61,759 nucleotides of DNA from Polaribacter sp. (GTDB lineage Bacteria; Pseudomonadota; Gammaproteobacteria; GCA-001735895), in the NCBI GenBank assembly GCA_047615545.1, contig JBLHID010000002.1:1-61759 (forward strand), in the 5' to 3' direction. Below, piece by piece: positions 9,912 through 18,532 of this stretch (position 1 is the stretch's first letter; every line of letters starts with the position of its first letter). The notes beneath the pieces are model-generated. The model searched no databases. It was not told where the DNA came from and was given only the letters and a program-made list of their open reading frames with translations. Both the position numbers and the translations under genes were made by a program.

Positions 9912-10310
9912 TCAAATGGACGAGCCTTCTCTCTGGATAGCAACCCAAGCTTCGATCTCTTGTCCAATTTTGATTGGAAGCACTCGCCAATACATAATAA
10001 ATGGTGTGCCATCTTTTTTATAATTGATAGCTTTCCCTTCAAACTTACTACCTGACTGCAACGCCATGGTGAGACTATCGATAACTTTTTTATCAGTCCC
10101 TACACCCTGAAGAATTCTGGGTGTTAACCCAATAACGTCTGACGGATCATGACCAGTAAGGCTTTCAAAGGCCTTATTTGCGTAAATGACTTTGCCCTCA
10201 GCTGATGCGTCAGTAACCAGGATTGCGTCAAAGCTATTCTCCACAAGTACCTTCAATAGCGCTAGGCTGGTTTCCACTTTCCCCAGGGATGTCTCGATTG
10301 TGTCACTCAT
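9912..10310 (-). CDS. Stand-alone PAS protein, LOV-like but lacking the adduct cysteine
   Basis: 132 aa; ILVTDASAEGKVIYANKAFESLTGHDPSDVIGLTPRILQG..TD...INYKKDGTPF...VAIQRE aligns to the LOV core. GLTPRILQG replaces GxNCRFLQG. Confidence 0.75.
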   Translation of the reverse strand: MSDTIETSLGKVETSLALLKVLVENSFDAILVTDASAEGKVIYANKAFESLTGHDPSDVIGLTPRILQGVGTDKKVIDSLTMALQSGSKFEGKAINYKKDGTPFIMYWRVLPIKIGQEIEAWVAIQREGSSI

Positions 10311-10654
10311 TATTTTTCCTATTGTTTGTTAATTGACGTACCACATATCTACGCAGCATGGATTCATTCAGATCACAGGCTAGTAGAAAATAACTTCTTT
10401 CAGATATGAGGGAGTACAAACGTAGGATGTGTGGCTTGGCGCTTTCATTGCCAAAATAAAAGAGTGAACATGCAAAGAGTGGTTAACCTGTTTATGCTTT
10501 AGATGCTCTTTCTAGCGTAGGCAACAAACTGATGACGGGAGGTGTTGCAGGTGAACTATCTGCTATAGCTCTAAATGGCCTTGATCTGACTGCTATTAAG
10601 TTCGCTATACGCAGGCGAGACATCTAACTACAATAAGATTATCGCCAGCCAAAT

Positions 10655-11413
10655 TTACGGACTTACCCAACCCCCACACACATCAAGGATAGCACCAGTG
10701 GTATAGGATGATTTATCCGACAACAGAAACATGGCGCTATTGGCTATTTCGCTCACTTCAGCTGGACGTCCAAGCGGTACCTGCGACAAGACCCAATCAA
10801 GCCATTCTGGGTTTTGCTTGGCATAGTCGACGCTGATTTCGGTCATGGTAATGCCTGGGCGCAGACAATTCACGCGGATGCATTGATCGGCTTGTTCCTT
10901 GGCTAGTCCGATGGTGAAAGTGTCGATGGCAGCTTTGGAAGCGGCATAATCAACATAGGTAAAAGGGCCGCCATGCTTTGAAGCAGCGGACGATATATTC
11001 ACAATAGCGCCACCATTGCCGCCATACCGTTTGGCCATTCGCTTGATGGCGTGTTTGGCGCAAATAAAAGCGCCAAGGGTATTTACCTCAAACATCTGTT
11101 TCGACAGCGTAATATCCGTTTCATCAACCCTGGTGCCGCCACCATTGATGCCGGCGTTGTTGACCAGCCCGGTAATCGGTCCAAGTTCGAGGTCAATCCT
11201 TTCGAACATAGTAATGACTTCGTTTTCGTTGGCGACATTGGCCTGCAATGCGATGGCGATACCACCCTGATCGCGAATTTGCTTCACAACTTGATCGGCC
11301 TCGTCGGCTGAGCTCGCATAGTTGACGCAAACCTTCCAACCCTCTGCAGCTGCCTGCCTACAGATTTCTGCCCCTATGCCTCGGCTACTACCCGTTACTA
11401 ACAAGACTTTCAT
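10655..11413 (-). CDS. SDR family oxidoreductase
   Basis: 252 aa; TGSSRGIG, NNAG, the YAASKAA catalytic Y-x3-K, and PG..T. Confidence 0.9.
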   Translation of the reverse strand: MKVLLVTGSSRGIGAEICRQAAAEGWKVCVNYASSADEADQVVKQIRDQGGIAIALQANVANENEVITMFERIDLELGPITGLVNNAGINGGGTRVDETDITLSKQMFEVNTLGAFICAKHAIKRMAKRYGGNGGAIVNISSAASKHGGPFTYVDYAASKAAIDTFTIGLAKEQADQCIRVNCLRPGITMTEISVDYAKQNPEWLDWVLSQVPLGRPAEVSEIANSAMFLLSDKSSYTTGAILDVCGGWVSP

Positions 11414-11440
11414 ATCGTCCTCACTGTTTTTTTTGACTGA

Positions 11441-12628
11441 TTAAAATGATCTATAAGCACCTGTCAGTAATGGATTGGCGTCTCTAGGTTGGTCTAGTTT
11501 ATCAGCGAGGATGCGTAGTTTGGAATGAAAGTCTCCACGCTCTAGCTGAACCCATTGCAGCCAGCGTTTGCCGTCAACCGTGAGGTCGGTGCGTCCATGC
11601 AGTACGCGGTGATTATCAAATATAGCGATATCACCGGGTTGTAGGGTTAAATTCACGGCTAGGGTTTCATCTTCGGATTGCTTCAGCAGATATTGAAGTC
11701 CACGGTAATAAACCATCATTTGATCGGGAGAAATGGTAAGCGGCGCAGCAACCCGGTCATTAATACGAACGCCACAGAGGTTGCCAAACTCGTCAACATT
11801 TAAAATCGGAAATTTGGCTATTAGATCTACGTCCCCTGCAAAGTGCCGACGAAATACTTGTGCATTATTACATAGCGCAGCAAACCCTTCGACATCGTGG
11901 TCACGCAGGCGACCGGCTACCTCGAACCCATCCATGAAGGTCGAAGACCCAGCCCCCGTTTGGTCGTTGGCAATACAATGAAACAACAAAATGCCGGGCG
12001 GCGATGCACGATAAGGTTCATCCGTATGCAATTTGAGTGCTTTGACGTCATTGCCAATGCTGCGCTTCCCTGGGTCGAATATTAGATCCTGAACACGGCC
12101 AAAATTGGATTCCTGAGGAGAACCAATACGCAACGCCAGTGACTCGACAATACCCGGTTGGGCGGGTGAATTACGAATAAAACAGAGCCCATAATCGCGC
12201 ACCTGCTGCAGTAATTCGAGAAGTTTATTGTCGCTAGAAGCTATATCGACATATTCAAAAATCGGTGGATTTTGACGGAAACTGTCATTCCATATAAGCG
12301 GTTTAAAGGCGCGGGCTCGCCGGACTTGATCCTGACAGTCATGTTCATGCAACCATGCTGAGGCATAACAGGACTTGTGGCCATCCTGCCAGGTGATTAA
12401 CAAGTTTAAAACATCGGTATCAAGCGACTTAGGCTTGCAGTTGAGATCAAGAGAAGTGAGACGCAACGTTCGGTAGCCAATTGCCGGGTCACCACATTCT
12501 TTACAGCAACAGTTATCGCGTAACCAGATTGGATGAAATGCACTGCGGCTAGCATCGTCCCAATCTAGATAAACCAGCCCATCACTGTCTAGACAGGCGG
12601 ACTTAATCGTTAGTGGCTTGTCACCCAT
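11441..12628 (-). CDS. Gamma-butyrobetaine hydroxylase-like Fe(II)/2-oxoglutarate dioxygenase (DUF971 N-domain plus TauD fold)
   Basis: WLRDNCCCKECGDP zinc-type N-domain; LHTDEPY...LLFHCI and a late HGR, typical of the GBBH/TauD family. The ATG at 12628 has AAGGTG upstream; the ORF is open from a TTG at 12646. Confidence 0.8.
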   Translation of the reverse strand: MGDKPLTIKSACLDSDGLVYLDWDDASRSAFHPIWLRDNCCCKECGDPAIGYRTLRLTSLDLNCKPKSLDTDVLNLLITWQDGHKSCYASAWLHEHDCQDQVRRARAFKPLIWNDSFRQNPPIFEYVDIASSDNKLLELLQQVRDYGLCFIRNSPAQPGIVESLALRIGSPQESNFGRVQDLIFDPGKRSIGNDVKALKLHTDEPYRASPPGILLFHCIANDQTGAGSSTFMDGFEVAGRLRDHDVEGFAALCNNAQVFRRHFAGDVDLIAKFPILNVDEFGNLCGVRINDRVAAPLTISPDQMMVYYRGLQYLLKQSEDETLAVNLTLQPGDIAIFDNHRVLHGRTDLTVDGKRWLQWVQLERGDFHSKLRILADKLDQPRDANPLLTGAYRSF

Positions 12629-12857
12629 AACACACCTTCGGTTCAATCATAATATGAGCTGATGTTAACCGCTTTTCTTACATTCGACTATTTCTTAAAT
12701 AGCCTGGAATCACGAAAAAAACCTGAATGGTGTATCTCCTTAAGCTGATGTTCGGGCTAATCTTCGGTCTAATCACCAGGCTGACCTTCAAGAGCGGCTA
12801 TGATTCCACCACACTGGGGTACAGACCACGGTTCGGCCTTCGCTCATTCATCGGCAC

Positions 12858-13106
12858 TTATTCGTAGCGGGGCTCTAATATTTCAACACAAATAGCTTTC
12901 AGTAGCTCTGGGTCAATATTGGTAGAATCAACGACTTGCAGTAAGGAGTCGACTGCCTCAATGACGGTGACCCGACCTTCTTCGCACATAGCCCTTAGAA
13001 TAGGCCTGAACTCTTCTGTTTTTTGAGCCAAGGCATCTTCACCGATTAGCTGAATAATGCCCTGTCGGGCTGTATACATTTCTTCTGGGATTACTATTTT
13101 TGTCAT
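12858..13106 (-). CDS. Hypothetical small acidic protein (82 aa)
   Basis: Clean ORF with GGAG about 9 nt upstream of the ATG and a helical-looking, non-repetitive sequence. No family recognised. Confidence 0.35.
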   Translation of the reverse strand: MTKIVIPEEMYTARQGIIQLIGEDALAQKTEEFRPILRAMCEEGRVTVIEAVDSLLQVVDSTNIDPELLKAICVEILEPRYE

Positions 13107-13151
13107 TAATGATGACTCCGAAATTAAAATTGAGGACTAATCCCTACAGCT

Positions 13152-13400
13152 TTACCGGTGGTGGTCTTCGCATTCCTTTAACCACCAAATTATATCTGAA
13201 TTCAAGTCAGGGCATTTGCTCAGTGTGGCCAAAAGTGGGTTTCTATTTCCGTTTAATTTCAGTGGAATAGAAATTTTATGTTGCGCCCACGCTTTCGCTT
13301 TGTTGAACGGATAAAGATGATTACACGAGTTTAATGGACAGCTGTTTGGTTGATTTTCTATAAAGAGAGCCTTTGGTAATCCCCACCATAAAAACATCAT
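13152..13400 (-). CDS. Hypothetical small Trp/Cys-containing protein (82 aa)
   Basis: ORF only; no convincing RBS and no family recognised. Confidence 0.25.
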   Translation of the reverse strand: MMFLWWGLPKALFIENQPNSCPLNSCNHLYPFNKAKAWAQHKISIPLKLNGNRNPLLATLSKCPDLNSDIIWWLKECEDHHR

Positions 13401-13507
13401 TTTTTACGAAAAAACCTTATATTATAGAGTGTCTAAAACTAATATAAACTCTGAACGATTGGCGTCTCAACGGTTATTGGCAATCAAGATATTATTAGGT
13501 GTTAGGG

Positions 13508-14575
13508 TTAGTAACGTGTCGTTTCACCAAGTTCAAGCGTAATAAACTCTCCTTCATCGAGTCCATAGGCTTTAATCTGCTCTGCTAACTCCAATACTGG
13601 GGCCATAGGTCCCTCGGCAGTCAGTGGAAAAGTACCCCAATGCATACCAAAGCTTACGTTAGCTTTAACGTCTTGATGAATTTTTACAGCTTCTTCAGGG
13701 TTAATGTGGAAGTCTGACATGAACAAACGAGGCAGATAGCCACCAATTGGAATAAAAGCAAAATCAACACCACCTGTTTTGTCGCCAATTTCCTTAAACT
13801 GTATGTCGTTGTACCCAGTGTCACCAGCAAACCACAGGCTGTGGCCGCCAAGCTTGACATGCCAACTGGCCCAAAGCGATTCATACCGATCAGACAGGCC
13901 TCGGGCAGACCAATGCTGCGACGGCATAGCTTGTACTTGAAGTCCTGGTTCTTCGGCCTTGTCCCACCAGTCCATTTCACGCACACGATCCGATGCGATA
14001 CCGTTATCCTTGAACCACTGCGCTAGTTTCAGTGGTACAAAATAAATGGGCTCATTACCCAAATGATGGATCGTTTCTATATCCAGATGATCGTAGTGAT
14101 TGTGACTAATAATCACATAGTCAATTTTAGGCAGTTTGTCGTAATCAACCACAGGAGGCACATAACGTTTTGGGCCCACGAAACTAAAAGGTGAAGCGCG
14201 CTCGGAAAATATAGGGTCAGTTAATAACGTGACCCCATCAAGTTGAATCAAAAAAGTCGAATGCCCCAGCCAACTCACCTGCAAACCCTCCTGCGGATCG
14301 CTTACTGCATTCAAATCAAGAGATTGAAACGGTACCTGATCGGCCTCCCCTTCATGGTCAGCCCACTGTACATCGCTTAAGTAGCGCATCTTCAGATAAC
14401 TGAAAAAGGTTTTATCCGGAATATCGATATACAAATTTTGAAATCCCTCATCCGTATGATGCGCGGGACGATTAGGATCATTCAATAGGGGATTTGCTAC
14501 CGCACAGGACAGCATAAATAACAGAGAAAGATTACCTATCACAACACGGATGGTTGTAAAAGAAATTTGAGTCAT
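13508..14575 (-). CDS. MBL-fold metallo-hydrolase (NAPE-PLD-like), secreted
   Basis: 355 aa; signal peptide, WLGHSTFL, ISHNHYDHLD (HxHxDH). Confidence 0.8.
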   Translation of the reverse strand: MTQISFTTIRVVIGNLSLLFMLSCAVANPLLNDPNRPAHHTDEGFQNLYIDIPDKTFFSYLKMRYLSDVQWADHEGEADQVPFQSLDLNAVSDPQEGLQVSWLGHSTFLIQLDGVTLLTDPIFSERASPFSFVGPKRYVPPVVDYDKLPKIDYVIISHNHYDHLDIETIHHLGNEPIYFVPLKLAQWFKDNGIASDRVREMDWWDKAEEPGLQVQAMPSQHWSARGLSDRYESLWASWHVKLGGHSLWFAGDTGYNDIQFKEIGDKTGGVDFAFIPIGGYLPRLFMSDFHINPEEAVKIHQDVKANVSFGMHWGTFPLTAEGPMAPVLELAEQIKAYGLDEGEFITLELGETTRY

Positions 14576-14819
14576 GGTCCTGATACTCCTGAGGGACGAT
14601 TGGCGGGTAATAGATCAGAAGTTTATACGTCGCTAAAGGAGGTTTGGTTCAGTGAAAGCAGATCAGTTCGAATACCATCGGTGATGAAACAATAGCATCC
14701 GTCAAAGGGCCAACAGACAGATTATTCAGCATGCTGCCTATGACTCATTGCTAACCTCTCAACTCAAAAAAAACAGAACCGAATAATACACGAGCCCCCC
14801 TATTTCTATTATCGGCGTT

Positions 14820-16622
14820 TCACAATTCTTGATCAGGTAAGAAGCCACCGGCTTGCATATTCCACAAACGGGCGTAATGCCCACTCAGTTCTAACAATGC
14901 TTTATGATTTCCATCTTCAATGATTTTCCCCTCATCAAATACGAGGATTCGATCCATGTGGGCGATGGTTGATAGCCGATGAGCGACCACTACGACAGTC
15001 CTTCCCTTCATTAAGTTGTCAAGACCCTGTTGAATTTTTTTCTCGGTGACAGAGTCGAGTGCTGAGGTTGCCTCGTCCAATATGAGTATTGGGGCGTTTT
15101 TCAAAATTGCGCGGGCAATGGCTATACGTTGTCGCTGACCGCCAGATAATTTAACGCCACGCTCACCAACGAGTGAGTCGTACTGCTTTTCGGTTTGCAG
15201 AATAAAATCATGCGCATGCGCCTTTTTCGCAGCTTCCACCACTTCTTCATCGCTGGCATCGAGCCGACCATAGCGGATATTTTCCATCAGCGAGCGGTGA
15301 AATAACTGTGGGTCCTGCGGAATCATCGATATATTTTCACGCAAGCTGTCCTGTGTCACATCAAGTATATTTTGGTCATCAATACGAATCACGCCACTTT
15401 GTGGTTCAAACAAACGTAGCATTAGATTAACAAAGGTTGATTTGCCAGAGCCCGAAAAACCGACCAAGCCAACTTGCTGTTTAGGTGGTATCGTAACGTC
15501 AAGTTGTTCAAACACCTTTAAGCCTTCCTGATAAATAAAGGTGACGTTCTCAAAGGCAATTTCGCCCTCATCAACCTCTAGAATGCTAGCCTCTTCTCTA
15601 TCGACAATGTCGTGTGATTGAACAAATACCGCTACCCCATCGCTAATATTACCGAGATATTCGAAAAATTCGAGAAAGCTTCGACTCAAGCCACGTGCCG
15701 CCTCAATCAACATGATTGACAGCCCAGCCACCATTGAAAACTCACCAACTGTCATGTTGCCTTCGGACCAGATTTTCAAGGCATAACCAACCATGCCAAC
15801 CATCAATACCATGGCAGCTGTATATTGAAACCAGCGTAACTTTTCCATGTACCAGAAGGTGCGCATCGCCTGGTTAACCTCTTCATTTAAATAATCAGTG
15901 AGGTACGCTTCTTCATATTTACGCCGCGCAAACATTTTTGCGTTCATTACATTGGTTACTGAGTCTACTATCTTACCCGTGACTAGGGATCGAGCTGCTG
16001 CAAAATCCTGCGCATAGCTTCGACATTTTTTCGCAAGCAGAAAGGACACATAGATGTACACACCCAGCCAAAGGCTTAATACGACCGCTAGGTCACTACT
16101 GGCCGTAAACAAAAGAATTAATGCGACCACCGACTTTATAATCAAAGGGTAGAAGTCAAAGGTGATCGTCCATAGCGCATGCATGCAACTTGTCGCAACC
16201 TCGGCAATGCGACTGGCCAGTGAACCAGCAAAATGCGAAACGAAATAGCGATGGGAGTGATGTTGTAGATAACTGAATAATGACTTTCGGATTTCGGTGC
16301 GCAGGAAAGGTCCAGTCATCACTAAGGCGGCACCACTCGCCCGGCTGAACAACACAATGAACAAATTAAGCACTGCAAATAAGATTAATGCATCTTCTGA
16401 GGCATCAAATATATTGGCTCCCGTGGTATTCGCCAGGGTCACCGCGTCGATAATTTCCTTAATCGCATAGGGCAGCATAATAGTGCAGGCCGCCTGCGCC
16501 GCTTCACAGAAAAATATAATCATCAATGTGTTACGCGACTTCAGGTAAAAATAAAGTGCAAAACGTAATGAGGATCTTGAAAGAGGTGGCGCCTCCTTTG
16601 CCATTATTAGTGTCTTTTTCAT
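14820..16622 (-). CDS. ABC exporter, fused permease/ATPase (MsbA/multidrug type)
   Basis: 600 aa; six-TM N-half; GFSGSGKST Walker A, LSGGQRQR signature, ILILDEATSALD Walker B. Confidence 0.9.
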   Translation of the reverse strand: MKKTLIMAKEAPPLSRSSLRFALYFYLKSRNTLMIIFFCEAAQAACTIMLPYAIKEIIDAVTLANTTGANIFDASEDALILFAVLNLFIVLFSRASGAALVMTGPFLRTEIRKSLFSYLQHHSHRYFVSHFAGSLASRIAEVATSCMHALWTITFDFYPLIIKSVVALILLFTASSDLAVVLSLWLGVYIYVSFLLAKKCRSYAQDFAAARSLVTGKIVDSVTNVMNAKMFARRKYEEAYLTDYLNEEVNQAMRTFWYMEKLRWFQYTAAMVLMVGMVGYALKIWSEGNMTVGEFSMVAGLSIMLIEAARGLSRSFLEFFEYLGNISDGVAVFVQSHDIVDREEASILEVDEGEIAFENVTFIYQEGLKVFEQLDVTIPPKQQVGLVGFSGSGKSTFVNLMLRLFEPQSGVIRIDDQNILDVTQDSLRENISMIPQDPQLFHRSLMENIRYGRLDASDEEVVEAAKKAHAHDFILQTEKQYDSLVGERGVKLSGGQRQRIAIARAILKNAPILILDEATSALDSVTEKKIQQGLDNLMKGRTVVVVAHRLSTIAHMDRILVFDEGKIIEDGNHKALLELSGHYARLWNMQAGGFLPDQEL

Positions 16623-16666
16623 CGCGCTAGTTTAACCCTAGCGGCTGACTATCCAAAACGAAAGGC

Positions 16667-16692
16667 GCATGATTAGACGATTAATCATGCGT
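16667..16692. promoter_or_regulatory. Perfect 10-bp palindrome CGCATGATTA-N6-TAATCATGCG, 45-70 nt upstream of the ABC exporter start
   Basis: Read directly; the arms are 16667-16676 and 16683-16692. The position fits a dimeric-repressor operator or a 5'-UTR hairpin. Confidence 0.4.
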
Positions 16693-16709
16693 TGAGTAAT
16701 TGTCAAAAT

Positions 16710-17048
16710 CTAAATCGTTGAGCCAAGCCTACAGAGCCAGTAAGTCTTCATCTTGGGTTCTTGGGTTCTTGGGGCATGGTCAATACGATCTAAATCGTTC
16801 AAAGCTCGTCCTATTAGCCGAGCCTCCTAATATTACTTTTCAATTTTCCAGCACGCTGTGCCGCTCACTATGTGGTGCAGCTCAAGAGCATTATGGCGAT
16901 GCTTTGGATAAAAAGTATGGCTTTGCTGCCAATATATGCCAAAGCAGAATTGGTCATTATTTTTTTGCGCCAGAGGTAACAATAGGGCGGGCGACTTCAA
17001 TACCAATGCCGGTACCACTGGTAGCGAATCGAGCGCAGACAAATTCAA
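16710..17048 (-). pseudogene. Small cupin gene (YPxHxHxAxE type, DMSP-lyase-family-like) inactivated by two in-frame stops
   Basis: The frame reads ..FYPKHRHNALELHHIVSGTACWKIEK-TAA-TAT-TAG-EARLIGRALNDLDRIDHAPRTQEPKMKTYW..TAG. Cupin motif 1 (HxHx3Ex6G) lies before the stops and the H-A-x-R-T..E-P....Y-W tail after them, in the same frame. Confidence 0.45.
16751..16774. repeat. 8-bp tandem repeat TCTTGGGT x3 (last unit 7/8) inside the cupin relic
   Basis: Read directly: tcttgggt tcttgggt tcttgggg. Confidence 0.8.
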
Positions 17049-17576
17049 TAAATGACGGCCATTGCGGGTTAAGATCTAAATTGTTAAGACAAAAAAAACA
17101 GGAGGCAGGTCACGGTTTCATCTTTAATTTTGTCTCAGTTCCAAATAGTCGTCTGTCTCAAATTGGCTAATTGTGTTGTGAAAAGCCTGTTGTGTTCGTT
17201 TAGGTAATGGGGCGGTTATGTGCGCACCATCTTCGGTGTTATTAACAACATCGGCACCGGTTTAAAATTGGACTGACTCTACTTGGCGGTATTGAACATA
17301 TAGATTATCGTTGCCGTGGTCTTCTCCAGTTTTTCGCCCGGGGTCTTGGAATAGGTCGCCTTAGGTGTGGATTGGAGGGTCGTCGGATTTAGCCGGTAAA
17401 TCGGCGTTCCGTTCACTATATAAGGCGTTTGAGGTTCGCTCATACGCTGAGTATAACTTAACGCCTTCATGACTGGTTTACCACTGTCCGCTTTTTTAGG
17501 TTGAGGGCTAAAATAAACGATCGAAAATATCTTCAATGACGCGCAGCCAGCACGACTTATCTGATTAAAGATACAG

Positions 17577-17720
17577 GTGATTAGCAAGCTGATTCAATAA
17601 CATGCCATTTCTGCTAAATATTGTGTAGCTTCGAAGTTGGGGCTTCAGCCTCGTACAGGGGAATATAGTTGCATTAGGAATGTAGCTAATTCTGTTTACC
17701 TGAGGTAGCTTGCTAATCAC
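17577..17720. repeat. 14-bp perfect inverted repeat GTGATTAGCAAGCT (17577-17590) / AGCTTGCTAATCAC (17707-17720) enclosing 116 bp
   Basis: Read directly. A third partial copy, GTAGCTAAT, is at 17682-17690. The right arm lies about 50 nt upstream of the RHH gene start. Confidence 0.8.
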
Positions 17721-17768
17721 TAAGATATACAATACATATGCGTTACATTTGCAGTACACTTGTAGTTT

Positions 17769-17963
17769 ATGACTTCCAAGAAAACAACCACCCTAAATTT
17801 GCGCGTCGACCCCGGTATTAAGGAAGCTATACGTGAAGCGGCCAATCGGGATCATCGAAGTATTGCTAACATGATTGAAATCTTGATTCGCCAACATTGT
17901 GAAGATGTCGGCATATCGATACCTGAGCAGCACACCCTCTTTCCGGATGACAGCGGTGAATGA
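17769..17963 (+). CDS. Ribbon-helix-helix (CopG/Arc-type) DNA-binding protein
   Basis: 64 aa; LNLRVDPGIKEAIREAANRDHRSIANMIEILI is a textbook RHH beta-strand plus two helices. Confidence 0.7.
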   Translation: MTSKKTTTLNLRVDPGIKEAIREAANRDHRSIANMIEILIRQHCEDVGISIPEQHTLFPDDSGE

Positions 17964-18210
17964 AAAGACCATTCGAGCATTAGTAGAGGCGGGCGCGATC
18001 AAGAAGGTTGTCATTATTGCTGACGGTGCAACCGTCCATGTCGATATTGTTACCCAATCTGGGGCAATCACTGCAACCACCAACAAGGGCTCTATCAAGA
18101 CCTGGGCATCGTTAGACTCCAGCGCCAAATGGGTCCGTAATTTGGGTATTGGCTCAGCTTATCTGGAGATCAGTCGTTGGTTACCGGGACAAAAGCGTAT
18201 GCTCTTGTGA
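17947..18210 (+). CDS. Small protein (87 aa) overlapping the RHH gene by 17 nt; resembles plasmid/ICE-borne small proteins
   Basis: MTAVNEKTIRALVEAGAIKKVVIIADGATVHVDIV...KGSIKTWASLDSSAKWVRNLGIGSAYLEISRW. The pattern AGA[IV]..V.I...G..V.V......G.[IL]+.[WF].[ST]LD...+W[VL]R.LGI recalls small ORFs I have seen on plasmids and ICEs, but I cannot name the family. The ORF is open from 17899. Confidence 0.5.
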   Translation: MTAVNEKTIRALVEAGAIKKVVIIADGATVHVDIVTQSGAITATTNKGSIKTWASLDSSAKWVRNLGIGSAYLEISRWLPGQKRMLL

Positions 18211-18532
18211 AATGGAGTTTCAATATTATCAACCAATAATTTATCGCTTCCAACCCTAGGAAGCATTTCGATTGTTATTGACATTAGACCTCGACACCAT
18301 AACTTGGCATTAACACATTGATTTATATCAATTTAGACTTGGTCTAACGAAACTATAATGAGGATTCAGCAGCTAGGACGAGGCAGGTGGCTATCGCGAA
18401 AAACGCGCAGTTTTAGAGATACCCTTCTATTAGTAGCAGTCCAAACCTGATCTAACACCTCACACTCCAGTTTTAGAATTCTGGTAAAGCCAGGTTGGAG
18501 CTACGCCATCAAATGCGACTATGGCAAAAGTA

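Noticed and set aside
16700-17170. 156-aa plus-strand ORF from the track.
   Set aside because: Its sequence is low-complexity and not protein-like (runs of S, K and L). It is the antisense shadow of the cupin relic, whose motifs are recognisable on the minus strand.
17279-17587. 102-aa minus-strand ORF in the degraded island.
   Set aside because: No RBS and no recognisable family. Its 5' end overlaps the left arm of the 14-bp inverted repeat. It may be a remnant, but I cannot support it as a gene.
18355-18415. Perfect TATAAT (18355-18360) followed about 35 nt later by CGCG-AAAAA-CGCG plus TTTT: a possible small RNA antisense to the skp 3' region.
   Set aside because: The -35 is poor with a 15-nt spacer, and the stem has only 4 bp. 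This is not enough to call a transcript.
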